Below are positions 39,031 to 51,644 of a stretch of 64,000 nucleotides of DNA, in pieces (within the stretch, counting starts at the first letter, position 1; every line of letters begins with the position of its first letter). Made by a program: the position numbers and the translations under genes. The notes below the pieces were generated by a model that saw only the letters and a program-made list of their open reading frames with translations, was not told the origin of the DNA and made no database searches. The DNA lies in assembly GCF_018977255.1 (NCBI RefSeq), contig NW_024704745.1, positions 36,270,001 to 36,334,000 on the forward strand. The letters run 5' to 3'. This DNA is from Callorhinchus milii (Eukaryota).

Positions 39031-42000
39031 GAATGCATGTTAACTACTCTAAGATAGCTTCCCTTATTATTCCCTTATTAGGAGAATAATAATGATATTG
39101 TAGTTATTTTCATGCATTCTACTGTAAATTTTTAAATGTTAGATTTAGTGTGTTGCCATATTTTTCCTTTGGTTCTTTCTCATTGCTGTAAACTGAGCTC
39201 TTTAGACATTTGCCTTTTACAGGCAGATCAATTATAGCATTGTGTGCACAATTATTTAGAGCAGGAATACTGTACATTATTTACACTGTACAGTACTGTC
39301 AAAATTAAGGATTAATTTGCTGTGGGTTGGAGAGGTTTTGACAGTATAGAGTCTTGTAAATAAACTATGCTCATTTGAAATTCAAGCAGTGCCTTTTATT
39401 GATCTTTGGGATTTACTCTCCCTGGTTGTGATCCTCAAATAATCCTTTCCTTGGTTTTGAGGAAAACTAAGGTACTTTACTTGACTAACTGTTGGGAGTA
39501 TCATTAGTCATACCACGCTGAGGTTAAAAACACACTCATGACTGAATACAGAAACCAAGTGGCTGTGCATTAGGGAAATCTTTTTAAAATTAAGAGTTAT
39601 CATGTTGTGTCCATTTGCTGTAGCCAGTTTCAATCCGCCCTTCTAATGGGATTTACAATTATAAGCATGCAGCACACACTTTGCCACAACTAGCAAACAG
39701 TACAAGATAACCCCTTAATCTCCAGGGCTTGGGAGTGCAAGACACATTATATTTACAAACCTTACCAAGGCACCCAGGTTAATTTGCAGAAGAGCGACTG
39801 CAGTATCTCAGATATCATCCCAGTGAAGTGCTCTGAGATGGAACTCTCCTTGAAGGGTGCTTTATCAATACAAGTTGTTGTCTCAAGTTGTTGTCTGATG
39901 TGTATTCAATTACTGTTTTGGGATAAAACAGAATTGGACACACCATTTGTTTAAGGGAGATGTTGGGAGATGGAGTTGATACTCACTTTAGTAAAGCTGG
40001 CAAATGTTGATATGTTTTGTTGTTCAGGATTAGTTTTGCAGAGAGGACGCTTGGATCAAAAGGGAACCCTATTATTATGTCCCTGCCATGGTAAGCTAAT
40101 TTAATGGGTGTTCTTATCCATTCCTTGAAATGTATCGTACATGTATCCTATATTTCTAATAGGAAACATAATTTGCATTAAAAATTCCACCTGACACAAC
40201 TTGAGGAGCATGCCATAACCCAAAACAACTGAATGGCAGGAACATGAGGCATGCATCTGAATTCATTACCTCGAGAGCAATCAAATATAGATCCTGTTTT
40301 AGAACTAATATTGTTTGAATAAGGAGGCTAGAAGCTAACAATGGTTAGATATTAGCAATATTCAATGCAACAAGAAATAAGAAGCTGTTGGCTAACATTT
40401 GGCCATTTGAATGAGAGCTTGTTTCATGCACTTATAACTCATATCTAACAAATTATCTACAGTCTATTTGCTATTACATAATTTAATACAACTTGTGCAG
40501 AGTGATGTTGTCACTACAATAGTGTTTTAGATATAAGCTGCTATTATTAATACCTAGAAATGATTAGCCAATTTATACTTCCAAAAACAAATTCTGTGTA
40601 ATGATATGCAGTATTAGATTTCGTAACAGAAAGCTGTTTAAAGTTAAAAGTTGCCTCAGAACAAAATGGCTTCTGTAAGTTTATTATTAAGTCTCACATG
40701 TGGAGTCAAAGTGCATTATGCATACTTATCAAATTGCTAAGAAATATCGAATTGGGAATTGGTGAAACGTGTAAGATTATTCCCAGAAATCAAATTTCAT
40801 TGCCTTGAAAGTAAAGGTGAGTTACAAATCTCACCTTTGCAATGTCAGGGTCTTGTACATATTTTCCATCATTTTCTGTAATTTGAGCCTTCGCAAATGG
40901 CTGAATACAGGGAATCTGTGAATATCACAACATACATTTGTATAGCACCTTTCATGTTGGGAGGACGTCCCAAAGCGCTGGACAGTCATTGTTTCGGACC
41001 CGAGCTGGGGGTTAAGATTGGGGAGGGTGGAGGGTAGGGGGGAAGGAGAGTGATCGAAAGCACGGTCGAAGAGGAGGGTCTTGAAGGAGGCAACGGAGGA
41101 GGCGAGGCAGAGAGACTGCGGAATGGAGTTCCAGAGGGTGGGGGCAGAGTGGCAGAAGGCTCACCTGCCAATGGTGGGGTGGCCAGGCAGAAGACGTGAA
41201 GCAGGCCTGAGCCTGCTAAGTGGAGGGAGCGGGCTGGATGGTAGGAGGTTAGGAGGTCACAGAGGTAGGGGGCAGCAAGACCATGGAGGATATTGAAGGT
41301 AAGGACCAGTATCTTGAACTGTATCCTCTGTGTGATGGGAAGCCAGTGGAGTCGGGCGAGGATGGGGGTGATAAGGTCACGTAGCATGGTGCGGGAGAAC
41401 ACAGGCTGCAGAGTTCTGAGTGATCTGCAGCCTATGGAGGAAGGAGATAATAGTGCAAGCTGGTAATTATAATTCACAAATTCGCAAAGTACGTAATTTT
41501 AAAACCTAAATTTTGACAAGACTGGGTAGAACTTTATAAAATGTTTGGACATGACAAGTATTTGAGGTGTAGCAGATTGACTCATAGTTTCATTCCTAAC
41601 TGGTTAAAAAGAGGTCTAGAAGTTATAATGATATGAAGAGATGAACAGTTATTCCACGAGTGCTACTGAGTCTGTGACAAAATTAGCAGCGCGATGCCTC
41701 CATATCAATGCTTAAGAACTGATAAGAACTATAATATCTTGCCTTCATGAATGAAAATCGGCAATATTAAATGAACTGAAACAAAATTTTATTTTCTGAG
41801 AATATGAAAAACAGCACAAGGCAAAGCCAATTCAAAGTTCTGATTTTACCATAAAATATTCACTAGTGCTAGTCTCAGTGCAAGAACCATACATTTATGC
41901 AGTGGGAAGCTTTTAATACTATACTAAAATTACACACACAAGCATTTATATTGGAGTTGGGACTTGGGTAACATCACTTTATGGGCTTACAAATCTTTAC

Positions 42001-45000
42001 CGTTTAACAAAAGTCAAAAAGAACAATGCTTTGTTCCAAAAGCAGAATTTGACAGCAACTTGAGTTTTGGTCTTTTGTCAACAACACCAGTTCTCTATTT
42101 CTAATAATCCGTTCATAGAATCTTTAAAAGGGAGCACAAGCACTGAATAAAATATTCTCGCTGGTCAAGGTTTGTACACTTACCTTGTCTTCACAGAATC
42201 ACGTCTACAATGTTGCTGCTATGCGAAAAGCAAGAATTTTTTTGGAACAATTCTATTATTCGGAGCCTTTCGTGAAAGGTTCTATATAAATGTAGATTGT
42301 ATTGTAAATACAATTCTGTCATCCAAAAAAAGGTTTCATTCACAACAATCTTTTTAACATTTCAATGTCAAATATTTCTTGTACATGTAGTTCATTATAT
42401 TTGTAAGGGGAATAAGGAAGCGTGCTTGGCGAGGCACACTGTGTATTTGTTGTTTGACTTCTGAGCTACCGAAACATAATACGTGTATTTTGGTGTCGTA
42501 AATAATTATTATTTTGTCAGAAAAGATGTATCTTAGGTTTTTGCAACTTTCTATCTTTAAAACTCATTTTAAAACCTACCTCTTTAAATGCCCCAGTGTT
42601 TTTCCATCCCCGCCACTACATGAAGGATGCAGGATAAAGGTAAGTTGTTGTTTTAGGGACTACTGCAAAGAGATTTATCCGAGAGGGCTGTCTAAGTCTT
42701 AATAAGCTACATTTTAATACAACAATTTCCCCATAAAGTATACAGTCAATTCACTTTACAGTACATTCTGTGATGTGCTTAGAGACGTCTGAATGATGTG
42801 ATAAGGCACAAGGATTTTTATTATTGTAACAAAAGAAAATATCCTGAGCAATAACTAGGACATGCCCTACACATAAACATTTATCCTTCTAAGAGAATGA
42901 AATAGCTTGAAAAGGCAATTCGTAGAAGTGGAGTAGTTATGCTATCTCATCTCAGCTCCTGTTTTGCAGGTGGACAGACTGAGGAAGGATTCTCACCTAA
43001 CCCATACTGACCCAGTTTCCTGGGCAACATAGAGTCATTATCACCTCTGTCAGAACAGCTGATTTGGAAACAATGAGGAGGCAGATCAGACAGACTCGAT
43101 TAGAGGATCAATTTGTCAACTGTTTAACGTATAAATTTACCTTTCTCGTCGCAGCAACGCTGCAGACTTGATTCTTTGAAGACAAGGTAAATGTATGAAC
43201 CTTGTTTGGCAAGAACATTTTATTCTCTACTGATGATGACAATGAGAGTTAATGCATTATTAGATGTCACCTTGGCTCAACGGTAGCCTTCACACTGGTA
43301 GAGCAGAAAGTTGTGGTTTCAAACCTCAGGTTGGAATTTGTGATTATAATGTAGGCTCATACTCATAGCAATTCATATATCATAACCTGACAGAGTGGAG
43401 TGATAGTGCAGTGATCACTGGTGAGAATTATCACAGTCAGAATTGTACACCGAGCAAGGGAGAAGGGAGAGGGGAGGTGAATATAACCATGAGGTGGGAT
43501 TTAAATAGATTGTGAGCAGTGAGATGGAGGGGTAGTAGCTGAAGACTCGATCATCGAGATTAGGGTACAGTGGGGGTAATGTGCATCAAGCTTGATTTTG
43601 CAGAGTGGAGAGGTGAGAGAAGATCAGACATAGGGAGATGTTGGGACATGAAGTGATTTACAGGTGAGGGGAGGACCTTGAAGTCAATCCGTTGGACCCA
43701 GGGAGCCAGTGGAGCATGGCGAGGCCAGAGCTGATGGGCATATGGAGTTTGGTGCAGGTGAGGTTGCAGGTGGCAGAAATTTGAATTAGCTGGACCTTAT
43801 GGGTGATAGAACTGGAGAGACCAGTAAGGAGTGTGTCGATAACACACTGAATAATTATACGATATATAGTTATACTGAATCTTTCATTCGCCATCATTGG
43901 AGTTACCACCCAAGCACATCAGTTCCATTTTGCAGATTTCAGCTTAAATTCTGTGAAGTGGTTTGATTGACTGCACTGTGATTTTCAACAATATGATATT
44001 TACCACTTCACATGCTGCAATTTTCTCTGCTACATCTCTCATGTCATGTGAATAACAATCATCTCTTTATTAAACCACATTTAGATTTCCATCTGTTAAT
44101 GGTATGAATCTAACTTTGATATTTATTTGTATATTTGTGTATTTGAGGCAGAAAATATTTCAGATAGACTTTGGATGCAAATCGAGCAAGTTTATACAAA
44201 TTCTAACCTGTAGTTTGTCATTTATTTATATTTACCTCCATTTTTAATTCCTTCTAACCCAAATGCCCTGTATACATTTTAATTATTAAGCTACTTTTTT
44301 CTCATAAGAAAATAAATCCTTCTATAGCCCTTAAAACAGTCTAAAAATTATCCAATTTTTCTTTTGTTGTTTTATTTTCCACATCCACTTGGCACTTAAT
44401 CCTCTCTAAAGCTTGCTCAAAGCTACAAAATGTGCTTCTCTGATGTCTTGCAGATCTGCACTGTTATTTTTAGCTGCAATCTTTCTTGCTGTATCAAATT
44501 GAAATATCCATTGATCAATAGAATTGAAATGTTCACCTATATCCACATTACTAATTTGTTCTGGTAGACTGATTAATACTAAAGGGTTTATCTTTCACTT
44601 GAGTGTTGGTTCAGAACTTGTGTGGTCAAGGATACTGGATATTAATAATGCATTCACAATAGCATCCAAAATTCAACTCTGTTGAGAGGCCTGCCATTTA
44701 TATGGGCAGCAAACTTCACAGACTATCAGCCAACAACAAGGTGTGTTTGTGATGCAATTATGTTTTAATTATCTGGAAGAGCAAATCAAGCAGAGTGACA
44801 ACAACAAAGTCATGAAAACTAATTGTGGAATGTGGATTTTTCAAGAAGATCAAATCCCGTCAAATCTAAACCTAGATATTCAGTAGATAATAGAAATCCC
44901 AGTAAGATAAAGTGATATATTGACTTCTGGTAGGAAATCGATGTACAAATATAATTTTACTGATAAAGTGCACAGTCACTCCATTTTATGGTATATCCTA

Positions 45001-45884
45001 ATGACGAGCTTTGAGACGGTCTCCCAAATAGAAGGGGCTATATCAAATGTAAGGATTATTATATTTTTTCAAGGAATTATGTTTGTGGCAAATATTTATG
45101 CAAGTGAGGATTTCATTTAATTTCCTTCAGAGGGAAGTGGAACTTTTTCACAGAATAGTTTTTCACAGTCACTTCCTGTTGTGAAAAAAATCCGGGGAAC
45201 ATGATATAATTATTGCTAAAACAAAAGTGATGAAAAACTCTGTTGCGCAGATAATGATAATAATAATAATAAACCTCTCATTTGATATTACGCCATATCA
45301 CATCTTCGAGACGTCTCAAAGTGCTTCACAGAAAGTGAAAGTGAACTGACTGTGTTTTAAGATTATCATAAGAACAGCATTTGCAGTTTTTGTCTTGTCC
45401 TTAATGACAGGTCAGTGGCCTAACAATTTTTTCCCTCCTCACAACTTCTGTAGAATGGTTGGTCCCCTCATCCCGTTTTGGAACAACAACTTGCATATAA
45501 ATAGCACCCTTCATGCAGGGTAGTGTCTTGGAGTGCTTAAACAAAACTAAGTCTTTGTCAGTCTAATTTTATCTTAGTAATTCATTTTATTTTGGCTTTT
45601 AATCCTGCCATTAAACCAACTTTTCAACTTAGATATTTACTTAAAATATTAAATATTTTTAGACCACTTTCTGGTGAAGAAGTAGAACTATTTTTCCCCT
45701 GACTCTAAATCGACATGTTCCCAATCACGAAAATCTTCTTTTCCCTGGGTTATCACCAATGAATTATTTAGGTAAGAACACATTTGCCATATGGGCTAAA
45801 TTAAAGATATTCAACTTCAGTTTGACCAAATGATTAAGTGTTTGCAACAGACACAGACTGGGAAAGAATAATGATCTCCGTTGA

Positions 45885-47272
45885 GAACAACAACAACAAA
45901 ATTACATTTATAGAGCGCCTTTCACATCGGGAGGACGTCCCAAGGCGCTGGACAGTCAGGGTTCAGGAACCGAGCATGTGGGAGGGGTGGGAGGGCGACC
46001 GAAGGCATGATCGAAGAGGAGGGTCTTGAGACCAGCCTTGAAGGAGGCAAGGGAGGAAGCGAGGTGAAGGGACTGTGGGATGGAGTTCCAAAGTCTGGGG
46101 GCAGAGAGGCTGAAAGCTCGGCGGATCGAGCGGAGCCCGCTGAATGGAGAGAGTGGGCAGGTTGGGAGGGAGTCAGCAGGTTAGAGAGGTAGGAGGGTCA
46201 AGGCCATGGATGGCATTGAAAGTGAGGACGAGGATCTTGAATTCGATCCTCTGGGGGATTGGGAGCCAGCGGAGTCAGGCGAGGGTGGGTGTGATGGAGT
46301 CATGGAGCCTGGTGCGCGAGAGTGCATGAGCTGCAGAATTTTGGATAATCAGCAGCTTGTGAAGGGAAGAGTTGGGAAGGCCGATGAGGAGGGAATTTCT
46401 ATAATTAAGCCTTGATGTGACGAATGCGTGGGTGAGGGTTTCGACAGCCTGAGGAGTGACGCAGTGGCGGATTCTGTCAATGTTGCAGAGGTGGTGATAG
46501 GCAGTGTTGGTCATGGTGCGGATGTGGGGGAGAAAGGACAGTTCAGGTTCCTGACTGGCTTAGTGAGGTTGAGTGGTAAAACGCCTTTTTGTGGATTATG
46601 TTTCTGTTTTGATTCTGTACACTTATTTGCACTCTCTGATCTCTGCTAATAGGATATGGTTGTCTGACAGTACCTTGCCCCAAATGCAGTCGAAATCCTA
46701 GTGTAGGCATTTGTCACCTCGCGCCTGGATTACTCGAACACACTCCTTGCTTGTCTCCCCAGCTCCACTGTACAAAAAATCCAGCTCATTCAGAACTCTG
46801 CTGCTCACATATTGACCTGGACTAAACTCTGTATCCCCATCTCACCAGTTCTGGCCAGGCTCCACTGGCACCTCATCACCAAACGGATCAACTTCAAGAT
46901 CCTCACTCATGTTCAAATCCATTCACCCTATGGCACCCCTCTACTTCTCTGACTTCTACACTCCCCAATCCACCACCCGGTGCCTCCGCTCGACTGGCAA
47001 CGGCCTCCTGATTGTCCCTCACACCCTCCGCTCTGCCATTGGAGGTCACGATTTCAGCCCCTATGCCTCAAAGCTCTGTCTCAATCCTTCCACCTTGCCC
47101 CCTCTCTCCCCTTTTTCAAGTTCCGCCTGAAAACCTTCATTTTCGACCATGCTTAAAGTCACGTCCACCCCACCCCACTTCACCCCCGCAGCTCGGAGTC
47201 ACGCTCCGCCACTGTTAAGCACTCTGTGTCACTATCCTGCATGGAGGGCGCTACTTAAGTGCAAGTTGTTGG
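45885..47272. mobile_element. Head-to-head L2 pair: (-) 45885-46530 and (+) 46660-47272
   Basis: Tails point outward; AFVTSRLNYRNSLLIGLP motif. Confidence 0.8.
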
Positions 47273-48182
47273 TGGTGAAGAGGAACAGCTCTCAGCTGTC
47301 CATTTTCAAGGCCTCCTCTAGACTGTCTCTGGCTGGTGTTTTCACTGAGTCCATTTTTATTATGTCACAGGATTTATTCTCATCCATTCGGGTTGGAATA
47401 TAGGAAGATGGCACCTTGCCCAGACCCAAAGACTGTACCCGGAGGGAATTGATATGACTGCAGCTGCTTTGTATCTCAAAAGCATAGACAACCTAATGTA
47501 GATAGCGATGGGATGCTTTCGGTGCATGAGGACAAGAGGTTTCTTTGGAACAGTCTTTTCCTTCTGCTCTTGATCAATGTGAAAAATAATAATTTTAAAA
47601 AAGCGCTTCACAAAACATATTGTAAAGTGGATTGACTGTGAATTTTGTGGGCAAAACACGGCAGCTGATTGCGCACAGGCAACTGTCCCACAAACAGTCG
47701 AGAACTGAGTGACCATATTATTTTTGAAGGATTATTAAAATGTAAAGCGATTTGCCATTCAACTAACAACCAGGTTCCTACTTACTGCTAGGTAAACAGA
47801 GGTATGTGGAGCAAGGAAACTTGCCTAACGTTTTTCCCACCTGGGAATCCAATCTGGGTCCTCTCGCTTGCGCGTAAACCACTATGCTATGGGATCGCTA
47901 AATTTAATCAAGTACCTTATGTGAGCACAAATGTATAGCCAGCAGCAATTACATTCTCAATTTTACAAGATTACAGAGTGATTCAGGTGATGAAGGCCCT
48001 TTGGTTGAGTTAATCACATCCTTTTCAATGTGCCAAGCCTCCTGTCATTCCCATTACACTATTAATCAATTTCGTTCAATGTCTTGGCCTCAACCAGTTT
48101 TCCGAACAACTGTATCAAATTCTGCACAATTAAAAAAACCACGATGATAAATGTTTTAAGTTTAAAACTAGGAGAAGTTTTG

Positions 48183-49570
48183 AACATAAGAACATAAGAA
48201 CATAAGAATTAGGAGCAGGAGTAGGCCATTCGGCCCCTCTAGCCTGCCCTGCCATTCAATAAGATCATGGCTGATCTATTCTAACTCCACCTACCCGCCT
48301 TATCCCCATTTCCCTTAATCCCTTTAGCCACAAGAAATCTATCAATCTCAGTCTTGAATATGTTCAAGGACTGAGCATCTACAGCAGATAATTCCATAAA
48401 TTCACAACCCTCTGAGTGAAGAAGTTTTTCCTCAACTCAGTGCGAAAGGGCTTACCCCTTATTTTAAGACTGTGACCCCTGGTTATAGTTTCTCCAACCA
48501 GGGGAAAAAGTCTCCCACTATCTATTCTCTCATGCCCCTTAATAATCTTATAGGTTTCTATAAGATCACCTCTTATTCTTCTATATTCTAGAGAATACAG
48601 GCCTAAATTGCTCAACCTATCCTCATAACTCATCCCAGGTACCAACCTAGTGAATCTATGTTGTACCCCCTCCAAGGCAAGTACATCCTTTCTTAAATGA
48701 GGAGACCAAAACTGCACACAATATTCTAGGTGCGGTCTCACCAGGGCCCTATACAGTTGCAGCAAGACTTCCCTACTTTTATATTCTAACCCTTTTGTAA
48801 CAAATGCCAACATACCATTAACCTTCCTAATTGCTTGCTGTACCTGCAAACTAACTTTTTGTGACTGGTGTACAAGGACACCCAAATCCCTCTGAAAGCT
48901 GACACTATCTAGTCTCTCCCTTTCTAAAAAATTATCTGCTCTACTGTTTTTGCCACCTAGGTGGATGACTTCACACTTCCCTACATTATACTTCATCTGC
49001 CATCTATTTGCCCACTCACCTAGCCTATCTATATCTCATTGCATTTTATTAATGTCATCCTCAGTGTTTACTCTCCCTCCTAGTTTAGTGTCATCCGCAA
49101 ATTTGGATACATTAAGTTCAATGTCCTCATCTAGATCGTCGATGTAGATTGTAAATAGTTGAGGCCCAGGAACTGATCCTTGTGGCACTCCACTAGTCAC
49201 ATCCCGCCAATCTGAGAAGGACCCGTTTATCTCTACTCTTTGTTTTCTTCCCATTAGCCATTCTTCAATCCATGCTAATATATTCCCCTTAATTCCATGG
49301 GCTCTAATCTTGTGGATCAACCTTTTATGTGGCACCTTATTGAATGCCTTTTGGAAATCTAAATACACTATATCCACTGATTCCCCCCTATCTAATCTAC
49401 TTGATATGTCCTCAAAAATATCTAAAAGATTTGTTAAGCATGACTTTCCTTTTGTAAAGCCATGTTGACTCTGTCTAATCATATTGTGATCCTCTAAGTA
49501 CCCCACTACGACATCCTTAATTAAGGATTCTAGAATTTTCCCTACCACTGATGTCAGACTAACTGGCTAA
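48183..49570 (-). mobile_element. CR1 LINE 3' ~1.4 kb, RT region nearly intact
   Basis: ORFs 49036..49548 (QHGFTKGKSCLTNL, YLDFQKAFNKVPH, GVPQGSV, KFADDTKL) and 48379..48996; 8-nt tail repeat (aacataag)n. Confidence 0.92.
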
Positions 49571-49712
49571 CTGAGTCTCAGAAACTCCAAAATTACTCCC
49601 AAAGGCTAGAATGGGCTGCAATCAGTAAGTGTCCCTTTAATGGTGCAGCATGTATAGTTAAGGAAGCACCAGTCTGAAGGTTGCAGCTGATCCTTGCTGC
49701 CCTGGTACATAA

Positions 49713-50060
49713 TTTGCAAGTGAGAGAGACCTGAGTTCAATTCCAGGCAGGGCGAAACCTTGGGCAAGTTTCCTTACTCCACACGCCTAATAATAATCCC
49801 TCCAAAACCAAAAAAACAATAATAAATTGGTCATTTTCAATCTACGACTGTTTGTGGGACATTGCTGTGCGCAATTAGCTGCCGCGTTCGCCCACAAATA
49901 TACAGTCAATTCACTTTACAGAGTGTTCTGTGAAGCGCTTTGGGACGTCCTCCCGACGTGAAAAGCGCTATATCAAATGCAAGGATTATTATTATTATTA
50001 TTATAATAATAATAATCTTTGCATTTGATATAGCGCTTTTCACGTCGGGAGGACTTCCCA
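49713..50060. mobile_element. SINE (+) 49713-50003 fused tail-to-tail with an inverted SINE tail
   Basis: (ATT)n runs into (AAT)n followed by the reverse-complement tail. Confidence 0.85.
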
Positions 50061-51450
50061 TCACCATATAAACTAAATGCAAGCTGTGTGATACCAGGTA
50101 GTTTTAAAGCTGAGGGCTGTTCACAGAGGAATAACTATGAGTTTAAGATTTATATTGGTGCTTGCTTCTGTGTGGAACTGTATGGTTATTGAATGGAAGT
50201 CATGTGGGATGAGAGTCATTCAATAGCATTGCTGATCGGCAATGTTGTGACTATTCACAGGGGAAATGTTCAGTGTACTGTAAATAAATAAACTGCCTGC
50301 CTTGCTGCAGCTATTTTTGCCTCCATCCATTTAATTTGCGAGTGTGTCTTTGCTTCACAAGTTGCATGGCCTAAAAGGTCAACACTTTACAAAATCAAAC
50401 ATAAGTTAAATAGTATAGGGCTTGACCAAAGCATTTAAGATCGATTTAACTTGAGCCTGATCTAGTTTTCCTTAGGGCATTTAGTTCACCTCAGTTGATT
50501 CATTTCCAATCTTAATATAGGCCTAAAGTTTGAATGTTACTAATGTTATATAAGAACGCCTGCACAGGGAAGTTGTCTGATATAATTTGCCTTTGAGGTT
50601 TCACAGTAGCACATTATTTTATAAACTCTGTGAAGTATTCCTTTCGGAGCTCATGGTAATAGCTTATGAAATCATTACTTTCCTTCAAGCCAAGGGAGGA
50701 CAAAATTCCTAATATTGCAAGTGCTGAAAATGACTGAGAGTGATAAAGCTGCACCAGTATTCTTGCAAAGGGAACTGCTGGGATTATATGGGCACAGGAG
50801 AACGACTGTTACGCAGAAAACAGTTCTCCTATTATCTATGTTTATGGTTTGGGAAGTTCAAATGTAAGGGCACCTAGCCTCTAGCCTCTCCAAGCAGTAA
50901 CACGTATGATTTGTTCCCCTTTTTTTCTCCTGTCCACAGCTAATGACATAGCCAATTGTATGCAATTGGCTGCTGAGTTTCACCCACACATTATACATTC
51001 AATTCACTTGATAGTATATTCTGTGAAGCAAGGATTATTATTATTATTAACTTCCAGTGAATTCTACCCATAAGAAACCAAACAAAGCATTGATTGATGC
51101 ATATGTCACATTTATTTAAAATATAGATAAATGTCAAACTCCATAATTATATTTAAAGACTAATCTGGCAATTTAGGCACAATTTAAACATTAGGCACCA
51201 AACTTTACAGCTTTGGGAATATGATTTAACGTATGATGAAGTGTCTGCAGGAATTATCAATTTTATAAATTCTTAATGTAAAATAATACAAAATGGTAAC
51301 AAAAGAATAAAATAAAGGATAACATATACTTTTATCTGAAGCAGATTTTATGGATTTGGAGTCGAAATACTGATTTGCAAACTTTTATTTTGTTAGAACA
51401 TTGCCACAGTACTGTAATTCTTAAAAAGTCATCTAGGTAATTGATATAAC

Positions 51451-51572
51451 CTTCAACACACTAGGAAGCCCATGTGAATATATTATTGCTTGAGGAGCAA
51501 TTTCAATTGGAACTCGATTCACTTTTGCAAATTCATGAATCTCAACCATGATTGTTTCTTCAAGTGAAGTTT
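51451..51572 (-). CDS. Candidate exon (E)TSLEETIMVEIHEFAKVNRVPIEIAPQAIIYSHGLPSVLK (phase 1 to 0)
   Basis: Acceptor ttattctgctctgccatttcaag|, weaker donor AAG|gttata; this is the non-L2 tail of ORF 51433..52113. Confidence 0.4.
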
Positions 51573-51644
51573 CTTGAAATGGCAGAGCAGAATAAGGTAA
51601 GCTGTTGCAGTAGCAGCAGCGGCGACGATTGGGAGAGGGATGGG

